From a bacterium (lineage in GTDB: Bacteria > Oederibacteriota > PGYV01 > DSBP01), in assembly GCA_011049465.1 (NCBI GenBank), contig DSBP01000170.1:1-29697 (forward strand): a DNA stretch of 29,697 nt, read 5' to 3'. Made by a program: the position numbers and the translations under genes. Below are positions 18,284 through 26,047 of the stretch, in pieces (within the stretch, counting starts at the first letter, position 1; each line of letters begins with the position of its first letter). The notes beneath the pieces are model-generated. The model did no database searches. It was not told where the DNA came from and saw only the letters and a program-made list of their open reading frames with translations.

Positions 18284-19017
18284 GCCTGATGCGCGAAGAG
18301 GCAGCGGCGCGGGTTAAGGGGATAATGGACGGTTTTTTTAGCCTTTTTTATCCGTCGCCGTGCGCCTGCTGCGGCAGGTATATAAAGGATTTCATCGGAA
18401 TGTATATATGCGCCTCCTGTTATAACGCGATAAGCCCAATACCCGCGGTTTCGTGCGTTAAATGCGGCAAGCCGCTTGACACGGCCGCGCTTGAGGAGTG
18501 CGGCGAGTGCGGCGTGTATAAAAAACTCTTTTCGGTTGTCAGGCAGGCAGGGCTCTATGAGAAAGGGCTCAAAGAGCTTGTCTGGCTCCTCAAATTCAGC
18601 GGAAAAAAAGAGGCGGCCCGTGTCCTCGCGAAACTGATAATGAACTCAAAAGCGGCAGCTCTCTTTGAGGGAGCCGGGCTCATAGTGCCCGTGCCGATGG
18701 CTGAACAGGCAAGGCGCGAAAGGGGCTACAATCATACTGAACTGCTGGCATCGATACTTTCAGGGCAAACATCCGTTAAAATGAGCAGGTGCCTTGTAAA
18801 GGTAAGAGAGACCGCGCCGCAAAACAGCCTTGAACGCAGGGAAAGGATAATGAATCTGAAGCGGGCCTTTAAGGCAATAAAGCCCGTAAACGGGTTTGTT
18901 GTCGTTGTTGTTGACGATGTCTACACCACAGGCGCGACCATGAACGAAGCCGCACGCGCCCTGCTCGAAGCCGGAGCAAAGGAAGTAAGGGGAGCCGCGG
19001 CAGCGAGAGCGGTATGA
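18280..19017 (+). CDS. comF: ComF family protein (zinc ribbon + phosphoribosyltransferase domain)
   Basis: CACC...CASC...CVKC...CGEC zinc ribbon; VPVPM..RRERGYNH; VDDVYTTGAT PRPP loop. Confidence 0.9.
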   Translation: MSLMREEAAARVKGIMDGFFSLFYPSPCACCGRYIKDFIGMYICASCYNAISPIPAVSCVKCGKPLDTAALEECGECGVYKKLFSVVRQAGLYEKGLKELVWLLKFSGKKEAARVLAKLIMNSKAAALFEGAGLIVPVPMAEQARRERGYNHTELLASILSGQTSVKMSRCLVKVRETAPQNSLERRERIMNLKRAFKAIKPVNGFVVVVVDDVYTTGATMNEAARALLEAGAKEVRGAAAARAV

Positions 19018-19028
19018 AAAACAATTTC

Positions 19029-19488
19029 AATTTGTAATTTGCAATTTTGAAGTTTAAAAGGCAGTTAAAAAAGAGGGCCGTAAAACAGGAGGGGCGCAGA
19101 TGAACAGGGAAGAATTAAAGAAAAGAACCAAAAGGTTTGCTTTACAGATTATCGGGTTTGTCGAGAAAATTCCCAAAACGTATGCGGGAAGGGTTATAGA
19201 AAACCAGATTTTGCGGAGCGGGGTTTCTGTAGGGGCAAATTATCGCGCGGTTTGTAAGGCGAAGTCAAGGAAGGATTTTATTAATAAACTGAATATAGTT
19301 GCAGAAGAAGCTGACGAGACACAGTATTGGCTTGAACTGCTTGCGGAATCTGGTATGATTAAACATGAAAATACAGCGTATTTGTATAATGAGGCGAGAG
19401 AAATAACCGCGATGGCCACCGCTTCTATCAGGACGGCGCGTCAAAACGGGGTTAAGAAGTATAACTTGTAAATTGCAAATTCAAAATT
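19029..19488. mobile_element. Putative intervening-sequence-like cassette: four-helix-bundle gene between inverted heptamer arms
   Basis: Arms 19029-19054 and 19463-19488 are reverse complements at 22/26 positions. Mobility is inferred, not shown. Confidence 0.5.
19100..19471 (+). CDS. Four-helix-bundle protein (TIGR02436 / 23S rRNA IVP / bAvd-like family)
   Basis: LKKRTKRFAL...QILRSGVSVGANYRAVCKAKSRKDFINKLNIVAEEADETQYWLELL signature; AGGAGG RBS. Confidence 0.92.
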   Translation: MNREELKKRTKRFALQIIGFVEKIPKTYAGRVIENQILRSGVSVGANYRAVCKAKSRKDFINKLNIVAEEADETQYWLELLAESGMIKHENTAYLYNEAREITAMATASIRTARQNGVKKYNL

Positions 19489-19507
19489 TCAACTTGCCGG
19501 GAAAAGG

Positions 19508-20185
19508 ATGTGCGTGATGGCATCAAAAGAAGGAACTCTTGTGCTTCTATCCGGCGGGCAGGATTCCACGACCGCTTTGTTTTGGGCCAAGAAGAGGTTT
19601 TCGCGTGTTGAGGCGGTGTCTTTTGATTATGGACAGCGCCACAGGGTTGAGCTTAAGCACGCGGCCAAAACAGCCGCGCTTGCGCGGGCCGGGCACACGG
19701 TGATGCCTGTCAGGGAGTTTGAAGCCATTAAATACAGCGCGCTTATAAAGGGCGCGAAGCGCGGGAAAAAAGACAGGGTGAATAAAAAACTGCCCGCGAC
19801 GTTTGTGCCGGGCCGCAACATACTCTTTCTCGCTGCCGCGGCCTCTTATGCCTACACAAAAAAGATTCACAACCTTGTTATCGGTGTCTCCCAGGTTGAT
19901 TACTCGGGCTATCCTGACTGCAGGCGCGGGTTCCTTAGCGCCATGGAAAAGGCGCTGTCCCTCGGCCTTGATTACAGGATAAAAATACACGCCCCGCTTA
20001 TCAATAAAACAAAGAAAGAGACGGTTCTGCTGGCGAAAAAACTGGGCGTCCTTCATTATTTGAAACACACGCACACCTGCTATGAGGGAAAAACCCCGGG
20101 CTGCGGCAAATGCGCGGCCTGCGTTTTACGCGCGAAGGGGTTTGAGGACGCGGGTGTGGAAGACCCGCTGTTTGAGAGGAGATAA
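19508..20185 (+). CDS. queC: 7-cyano-7-deazaguanine synthase
   Basis: LLSGGQDSTT, FDYGQRH..E, TFVPGRN, GYPDCR, THTCY and CGKCAACVLR motifs. Confidence 0.96.
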   Translation: MCVMASKEGTLVLLSGGQDSTTALFWAKKRFSRVEAVSFDYGQRHRVELKHAAKTAALARAGHTVMPVREFEAIKYSALIKGAKRGKKDRVNKKLPATFVPGRNILFLAAAASYAYTKKIHNLVIGVSQVDYSGYPDCRRGFLSAMEKALSLGLDYRIKIHAPLINKTKKETVLLAKKLGVLHYLKHTHTCYEGKTPGCGKCAACVLRAKGFEDAGVEDPLFERR

Positions 20186-20190
20186 GGGCA

Positions 20191-20297
20191 AGTTTGAATT
20201 TCTAATTTGCAATTTGGAAGTGTTGGCCGCAGAAACGGTAACAGGCGGTCTTGCGGGGATTTTCTAACTTCTAAATTGTAAATTTAAAATTCAAACT
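20191..20297. repeat. ORF-less long hairpin with heptamer-periodic arms
   Basis: 20191-20221 pairs with 20267-20297 (27/31 Watson-Crick plus 2 G-U) around a 45-nt loop. Confidence 0.8.
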
Positions 20298-20384
20298 AAT
20301 CGGCTTCCCGCATAATACGAAATGCCGCCGCGTTTCACTTCGAAAAACATCACTTCGAAAAACTCTTGTGTTTTAAGAAATATT

Positions 20385-20412
20385 GTGCTACGATTTCCAT
20401 GATTTGTGGCAC
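20385..20412. promoter_or_regulatory. Candidate NikR operator
   Basis: GTGCTAC-N14-GTGGCAC, a 28-bp near-palindrome 25 nt upstream of nikR, overlapping a possible TTTCCA-N17-TACAAT promoter (-10 at 20417-20422). Confidence 0.6.
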
Positions 20413-20437
20413 GTAATACAATACCAAAAGGTGAAGG

Positions 20438-20854
20438 ATGAAAAAACTTACCCGTTTCGGCGTCTCGATAGAAGAGGAACTTTTGTCGAAATTCGACAAA
20501 ATAATAAAAAAGAAAAAATACCGCAACCGTTCTGAGGCGCTTCGGGACCTTGTGCGCTCGCTCATAGTTGAGGAGGAGTGGCTCGACGGCAAGGCTGAGG
20601 CAATAGGCACCATAAATATCGTCTATGGCCACCATAAAAAAGGGCTCTCCCGGGCGCTGACGCGCATACAGCATGATTATCATACCCTGATTGTCTCTGA
20701 CACGCATGTCCACCTTGACCACGACAACTGCCTTGACGTCATAATAGTAAAGGGCAGGACGGCTTTGCTTAAAAAAATCGCGGATGAGCTTATTTCCGCG
20801 AAGGGCGTGAAGTTCGGCAGGCTTACAATCGCGACAAAGGGAAAGGACCTGTAA
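20438..20854 (+). CDS. nikR: Nickel-responsive ribbon-helix-helix regulator NikR
   Basis: RFGVSI...RNRSEALRDL RHH domain; YGHH, QHDYH and HVHLDHDNCLDV (H-x-H...C nickel site) motifs. Confidence 0.95.
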   Translation: MKKLTRFGVSIEEELLSKFDKIIKKKKYRNRSEALRDLVRSLIVEEEWLDGKAEAIGTINIVYGHHKKGLSRALTRIQHDYHTLIVSDTHVHLDHDNCLDVIIVKGRTALLKKIADELISAKGVKFGRLTIATKGKDL

Positions 20855-21483
20855 TGAGACAAACGGGAGGCACGGGAAAGAGGAGCGGGATTGACAGGAT
20901 AGCGGCGGCAGCTCTGTTTCTCTCCTTTGGGGCGCATTTGCTGGCCTTTGCCGCGCCCGGTGTTGTGCATATAATAATGAAAATCAAAGAGGCCGCGTCC
21001 ATTGAGGCAAAAGAGAGCGTTATTATGCCAGTGATGCTTCTGATTCCGGACATTAAAGCGTCCGGCGAAAAATCAATTGTCTCCAAAAAGGATGGCCCGC
21101 GTGAAAGCGCGCCGGAGCCCGCGGCGCAGCCCGGCCTTTACGCGTCAAAGCCCGCGGAGGCGCATGCTGTCAACGCTGCCGCGTATGAGTCAAATGAGAT
21201 GCTCGCCTATACGGACGCGGTAAAGAGAAGGATACAGCTCGCGCGCAGGTACCCGGCTTCGGCGCGGCGCGCCGGGATTGAGGGCGATGTCGGACTTGTC
21301 TTTACAATAACGAAAGAGGGCGCGCTGAAAGAGGCATTGGTTGCATCGGGTTCAGGCGCGGCAGAGCTTGACGAAGAGGCTGTCAGGACAATACACAGAG
21401 CATCGCCATTTCCAAAACCGCCCGCTCAGTTTGAGAAGAGCGGGCTTGAGATGCAGGTAAAAATAGTATTTAAGCTTGATTAA
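20854..21483 (+). CDS. tonB: Energy transducer TonB
   Basis: N-terminal TM segment, Pro/Ala-rich linker, TonB C-domain RRYPASARRAGIEGDV..FTITKEG...SGSG...LDEEAV...ASPFP; TAATG coupling to nikR. Confidence 0.88.
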   Translation: MRQTGGTGKRSGIDRIAAAALFLSFGAHLLAFAAPGVVHIIMKIKEAASIEAKESVIMPVMLLIPDIKASGEKSIVSKKDGPRESAPEPAAQPGLYASKPAEAHAVNAAAYESNEMLAYTDAVKRRIQLARRYPASARRAGIEGDVGLVFTITKEGALKEALVASGSGAAELDEEAVRTIHRASPFPKPPAQFEKSGLEMQVKIVFKLD

Positions 21484-21506
21484 AAACAGAAAAAGGAGAA
21501 GAGAGG

Positions 21507-23351
21507 ATGAAGCGAGCAACGGTTGTTTGCATGTTTTTGCTGCTGTTTTCCGCGTTAACGGGTTCTGATATCATAAACCTTGGAAGCGTGGTTGTTGAGG
21601 AGGGCTCGCTGACAAGGGGGGTGAATGAGTTTGGCCAGTCATCCACGGTATTTTCAGGAAGCGCGGTTGAGGCATCGGCCGCGTCAAATGTGGCCGACAT
21701 ACTTGAAAGGGTTTCGGGTATATATATAGAGAAGGCAGGCGCGCTCAATTTTACAGCAGGCTCAAGTGGCACGTCTGTTTTAAAGATAAGGGGAATTGGC
21801 TCGCTGCCGAACTCGGGAATACTGGCGGTTGTTGACGACAGGCCCCTGTTTATGGGTTTGTTCAAGCACCCGATGTTTGACATGCTGCCGCTTGATTATG
21901 CTGAGCGTGTTGAGGTCATAAAGGGGCCCTCAGGAGTCCTTTTCGGCAACCAGGCAGTTGGAGGCGTTATTCATATAAGTTCCAAAAGGCCGGAGCCGGG
22001 CAAGATGAAGACCGTGCTCTCCTCGGCCATGGGCAATTATTACACGCAGGACCATTACATAAACAATATGGCGGAATTCGGCGGGTTTGATTACATGGTG
22101 TCAGCGGGATACAAGGGCACAGAGGGGCCTCGCCGCAATTCCGACTCCTACCAGCAGAACTATATGATAAAAGCGGGTTATGATTTTGAGGGGCTGTTCA
22201 GGCTCTCGGGTTCGGGGCAGTATTCTGAGGTGACTTTTTACAACCCCGGGCCGGTTAATGAAAACTGGCACAGGGAGCAGGAAGGCGCGAAAATGATTCA
22301 AAGAAGCGGGGACATTACAATAGAAAGAAAAGAGGATGACTGCGTCTCAAAGATAATAGTTTACGCTGACACGGGCGCCAACAAATTTTTAAAGCAAAAA
22401 CCGGGGCCCGTGCTTATTCCGGGAAGCTACAATGTCTTTAATAATTACGGCGCGAGGGCAATGAGGGAATGGAGGCTGCTCCCGGGAAACCTCATAAAGG
22501 CGGGTTTTGACTGGCAGTATTTTGACGGTGGTTTTGAGAATTACCCGCCGAATCCTGCCATGAAGATAAAAGAAAAGAGGAGCGAGAATGATTACGCGCC
22601 TTATCTCATGGCATCCCGGCAAATAGGAGCGCTCTCGCTCTCTTTAGGCGCGAGGTATGGTATTAATACACTGTGGGGCCCTGAGCTTATTCCGCAGGCA
22701 GGAGTTAAGGTGTCGGTTTATGAGGGGAATACGGTATTTGTGAATGCCTCAAAGGGGTATAAAACTCCGGCTATGGGGCAGGTGATATTTGAGGACTATG
22801 ACGAGCTTGTTCCCGAGAATTTCTGGCAGTATGAGGCGGGTGTGACACACGAGATAAAGGGTCTGCTCTATGCGGGCGCGTCTGTTTACCAGACAGAGGG
22901 AAACAACCTGCTGATGGAGGATCCTGTTGACAGCAAATACAAAAATAGCGGGTTTGTGCTTATCAGGGGCGTTGAGGCTGAGTTTGATGTAAATGTCCTT
23001 GACATGTTCAATGCCGGCGCGTCATGCGCGTATATGGACCCTCGTGAAAAGACCGAAGGAAACGCGTTTTTTACGGGCGGCGCGTCCGTAAGCACAAAGG
23101 CGCTTGCCGGGATTAAGTTCAAAATAGAGGGAAGGTTCGCGAAGGAACGTTTTGATACGGACCACAGAAAAAACAGGCTTGATGACTACCACATATTAAA
23201 CGCGTCAGCCGGATATGACGCGGAGATACTCGGCACGGACACATCCTTTTTTCTTGAAGTAAAGAATATGCTCGACAACAAGTACGAGGTTAAAAAGTAC
23301 TATCCCGCGCCGGGATTCCTTATCAGAGGCGGGATGACGATAAGGATATGA
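21507..23351 (+). CDS. TonB-dependent outer membrane receptor
   Basis: Signal peptide, TonB-box-like VVVEEG, plug (ADILERVSGI, IRGIG, VVDDRP, ERVEVIKGPSGVLFGNQAVGGVI) and C-terminal KNMLDNKY...PG...GMTIRI barrel end. Confidence 0.92.
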   Translation: MKRATVVCMFLLLFSALTGSDIINLGSVVVEEGSLTRGVNEFGQSSTVFSGSAVEASAASNVADILERVSGIYIEKAGALNFTAGSSGTSVLKIRGIGSLPNSGILAVVDDRPLFMGLFKHPMFDMLPLDYAERVEVIKGPSGVLFGNQAVGGVIHISSKRPEPGKMKTVLSSAMGNYYTQDHYINNMAEFGGFDYMVSAGYKGTEGPRRNSDSYQQNYMIKAGYDFEGLFRLSGSGQYSEVTFYNPGPVNENWHREQEGAKMIQRSGDITIERKEDDCVSKIIVYADTGANKFLKQKPGPVLIPGSYNVFNNYGARAMREWRLLPGNLIKAGFDWQYFDGGFENYPPNPAMKIKEKRSENDYAPYLMASRQIGALSLSLGARYGINTLWGPELIPQAGVKVSVYEGNTVFVNASKGYKTPAMGQVIFEDYDELVPENFWQYEAGVTHEIKGLLYAGASVYQTEGNNLLMEDPVDSKYKNSGFVLIRGVEAEFDVNVLDMFNAGASCAYMDPREKTEGNAFFTGGASVSTKALAGIKFKIEGRFAKERFDTDHRKNRLDDYHILNASAGYDAEILGTDTSFFLEVKNMLDNKYEVKKYYPAPGFLIRGGMTIRI

Positions 23352-23416
23352 AAAGAACAAGTTTGAATTTGCAATTTATAATTTGCAAATTATCCGCGGT
23401 CATGAAACCGCGCGAA

Positions 23417-23677
23417 GCCGGTAATCCGGATTTGGAATTGTTTTGTCTGTGTAGGCGCGGACTTTAGTCCGCGGCATTAAAGCGCGCGAACTGCCCTTCG
23501 GCTTCGCTCAGGATATTTAGTTCGCGGCTGCGAAGACGGATACAAGGGCAGAGTGCCGGTAATTCGGATTTGGAATTGTTTTGTCTGTGTAGGCGCGGAC
23601 TTTAGTCCGCGGCATTAAGGCGCGCGAACTGCCCTTCGGCTTCGCTCAGGATATTTAGTTCGCGGCTGCGAAGACGG
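23417..23677. repeat. Tandem 123-bp duplication, each copy a REP doublet with a loop insert
   Basis: 23417-23539 and 23555-23677 (period 138, 2 mismatches); GTAG REP starts at 23451 and 23589; heptamer arrays flank it at 23361-23391 and 23682-23708. Confidence 0.9.
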
Positions 23678-23723
23678 GAAGAAACTGAAAACTGAAAATT
23701 TTAAATTATTTTTTCCGGGAGAA

Positions 23724-24563
23724 ATGATGAAAAAAGTATTTTCCGGGATTTTTGTATTATGTCTGTTTATAACAGGATGCTCCCCGGATAAAACCGCGGC
23801 AGGGCGCCCGCTTCTCGCGGGGAACCTGCTGGTTGAGTCCATGGTGCGGGATATCTGGCCCGCGGCTGATGTTGTATCGCTTGTGCCGCCGGGCGCGTGC
23901 CCCGGGCATTATGACATGAAGCCGTCTGACGCAGAAGCCATAAGCCGCGCCGGGCTCTTCATTTACCAGCCGTTTCAGGAGGCCTTTTATGAAAAGGCGG
24001 TAAAGATAAACCCTGCAATACAAAAGGCTGTCATAAAAGAGGGCGGGCTCACTACGCCGCGCGGGTATATCATGGGGCTGGATGAGACGGCAAAGATTTT
24101 GTCCGGATTCTTTCCGGATAAGGAGGGGTTGTTTGAGGGGAACAGGAGAAGGGTTTCCGGGACAATAACAGAGGCAGAAGAAAAATGGGCCGGCCATACC
24201 GGCCGCATAAGGGAAAAAAAATTCAGGGTCATAACGACGGTTTTTCATGAACCGCTCTGCGAATACCTGGGTTTTGAGGTTGTCGGAAAGTTTGGCTCGC
24301 CTGATTCCCTGACGGTCAGGGATGTCCGGGCGCTTAAAAACGCGGCTGAAGACAAGGGGGTTGATTTTATAGTGAGCAATGTAACCGGAAATCACGGGAT
24401 TGCGGCGGCGATAATCGGGAAAGAGATAAAAAAGCCGGTAATTGCGTTCGCTTCCATTCCGGAATCAGGCGCCGGTGGCAGCGGGTTCTTTAAGCTGTGG
24501 AACTACAATATGGAAGAACTGGCGAAAGCAACAGGGATAAGGGATGATTATGGAGCGGAATAA
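23724..24563 (+). CDS. Metal ABC transporter substrate-binding lipoprotein (ZnuA/TroA-like, atypical ligand motifs)
   Basis: Lipobox ITG-C; VVSLVPPGACPGHYDMKPSD in the position of the TroA DPH motif; precedes a ZnuC/ZnuB-like pair. Confidence 0.82.
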   Translation: MMKKVFSGIFVLCLFITGCSPDKTAAGRPLLAGNLLVESMVRDIWPAADVVSLVPPGACPGHYDMKPSDAEAISRAGLFIYQPFQEAFYEKAVKINPAIQKAVIKEGGLTTPRGYIMGLDETAKILSGFFPDKEGLFEGNRRRVSGTITEAEEKWAGHTGRIREKKFRVITTVFHEPLCEYLGFEVVGKFGSPDSLTVRDVRALKNAAEDKGVDFIVSNVTGNHGIAAAIIGKEIKKPVIAFASIPESGAGGSGFFKLWNYNMEELAKATGIRDDYGAE

Positions 24564-25251
24564 ACCGGAGGCCGCGGCAAAGGCCGAGCGCCTCTCTTTT
24601 TTCGCGGGCAAAAAGCAGGTCCTGAAAAACATATCATTTGAGGTGAACAAAGGAGAGTTTATGGCTGTGCTCGGGCCCAATGGCGCGGGCAAGACCAGCC
24701 TGATAAAGGCATTTCTGGGTTTTAACAGGCCCGCTTCGGGCCGCGTATTCGTGGAAGGCACGGAAGTCTCGCCAAAGACAGCAGGGGAAATAAGGAGAAG
24801 GACAGCCTATCTTCCGCAGTCATTTGACGTTGACAGGAATTTTCCCATACTTGTAAAGGATGTTGTCTCAATGGGGTGCGGATATGTCAATGATGCAGTG
24901 GTGAAGGAACTGAATATCCGGGCGCTGCTTGAGCGGCCGTTCGGGCTCATATCCGGGGGAGAGAGGCAAAAGGCAATGCTTGCCATGGTGCTGTCAAGAA
25001 ACCCTTCTGTGCTTTTTTTTGACGAGCCAAACCTCAACCTTGACCCGTTTTCTTACAGGAATTTCCTGAAAGTTGTATCCTCTGTTTACGCGAAGCACGG
25101 CCTTACCGTAATCTTTGTGACGCATCTTGTGACAAATATGCCCGAGGCGTGCAAAAGGGTGCTGGTTTTAAAGGAAGGGGAGGTAATACGCGACGGGGAA
25201 AAGGAAAAGGTGATGTCGGGCAAAAATTTTATGGAGGCGGTATATGGCTGA
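24544..25251 (+). CDS. Metal ABC transporter ATP-binding protein (ZnuC/MntA-like)
   Basis: Walker A GPNGAGKT, AYLPQ, signature ISGGERQK, Walker B FFDEP, H-loop VTH. Confidence 0.92.
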   Translation: MIMERNKPEAAAKAERLSFFAGKKQVLKNISFEVNKGEFMAVLGPNGAGKTSLIKAFLGFNRPASGRVFVEGTEVSPKTAGEIRRRTAYLPQSFDVDRNFPILVKDVVSMGCGYVNDAVVKELNIRALLERPFGLISGGERQKAMLAMVLSRNPSVLFFDEPNLNLDPFSYRNFLKVVSSVYAKHGLTVIFVTHLVTNMPEACKRVLVLKEGEVIRDGEKEKVMSGKNFMEAVYG

Positions 25252-26047
25252 GGCGCTTCTTCTTAAAACACTTGCCGTCACATCTCTCGCGGGGGCGCTT
25301 TGCGGGCTGACAGGCGGCTTCATATTTCTCCTCAATATTCCTTTTATAGGAGTGCTGATTTCACACGCTGCCATGGCAGGGGGCATATGGGGGATAATAG
25401 CCGGGGTTCCGCCCAAGGCCGCGGCTTTCGCAGCCTCGCTCATCGCTGTCTTTGCCGCGGGCCCGGTATCTGACAGGGCAAAGCTTAACGCCAACATATC
25501 AATGTCCATAATCTTCTCCGCTTTTATGGGAATCGCTTTTTTGGGCGTGGGAATAACAGGAGGCATGAACCAGCAGATAATGGGTTTTTTATGGGGCAAT
25601 GTCCTCTTTGCCGGAATCGGAGACATAGTGCTCATAACAGCTCTTATAATCCTTACGCTCATTCTGCTCGCGGCAAAAGGCAGGCAGTACGAGGCGCTTC
25701 TTTTCAACAGGGAGATAGCCGCGTCTCTGGGCTACAATACAAAGGCGCTCTATTACGGGCTCCTGCTTATAATAGGCGCGGTCATTACGGTGACTCTTGA
25801 TGTTATCGGAGGGCTCATGCTCTTCAGCCTGATAATAACCCCGCCCGCGATAGCCTACCAGCTCACTTATGACATGAAGAGGTTTTTCGGGCTGTCGCTG
25901 CTTGCCGGTTTTACAGCCGGGCTCGGAGGCGCTTTCATATCCTATTTATTGAACCTGCCCGTATCAGCCACAACAGTACTTTTTGTATCCCTGCTTTTCT
26001 CCATCTCGTTTGTCTTCTCGCCCAAGAGGAGGAGAGATGGGCGTTAA
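25244..26047 (+). CDS. Metal ABC transporter permease (ZnuB/MntB, ABC-3 family)
   Basis: Multi-pass hydrophobic protein with SHAAMAG, LWGNVL and GGLMLFSLIITPPAIA family motifs. Confidence 0.92.
   Translation: MAEALLLKTLAVTSLAGALCGLTGGFIFLLNIPFIGVLISHAAMAGGIWGIIAGVPPKAAAFAASLIAVFAAGPVSDRAKLNANISMSIIFSAFMGIAFLGVGITGGMNQQIMGFLWGNVLFAGIGDIVLITALIILTLILLAAKGRQYEALLFNREIAASLGYNTKALYYGLLLIIGAVITVTLDVIGGLMLFSLIITPPAIAYQLTYDMKRFFGLSLLAGFTAGLGGAFISYLLNLPVSATTVLFVSLLFSISFVFSPKRRRDGR

Noticed and set aside
19100-19471. Diversity-generating retroelement (Avd-like protein)
   Set aside because: No reverse transcriptase and no TR/VR pair differing at adenines in the window.
19029-19488. Classical insertion sequence or MITE
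   Set aside because: No transposase, no clear target-site duplication, and the arms are low-complexity periodic rather than typical terminal inverted repeats.
19472-19507. preQ1 riboswitch upstream of queC
   Set aside because: The 36-nt gap is occupied by the heptamer arm; no preQ1 stem-loop or A-rich tail is recognisable.
20291-20722. 143-aa minus-strand ORF
   Set aside because: Antisense to nikR and across its promoter; no recognisable domain.
20298-21506. Cobalamin or NiCo riboswitch controlling the TBDR (BtuB call)
   Set aside because: No B12-box or NiCo four-way-junction motif is visible and the context is NikR, so the receptor was not called btuB.
23417-23677. CRISPR array
   Set aside because: Only two 123-bp units with a 15-nt gap, internally REP-like, with no unique 30-40 nt spacers and no cas genes.
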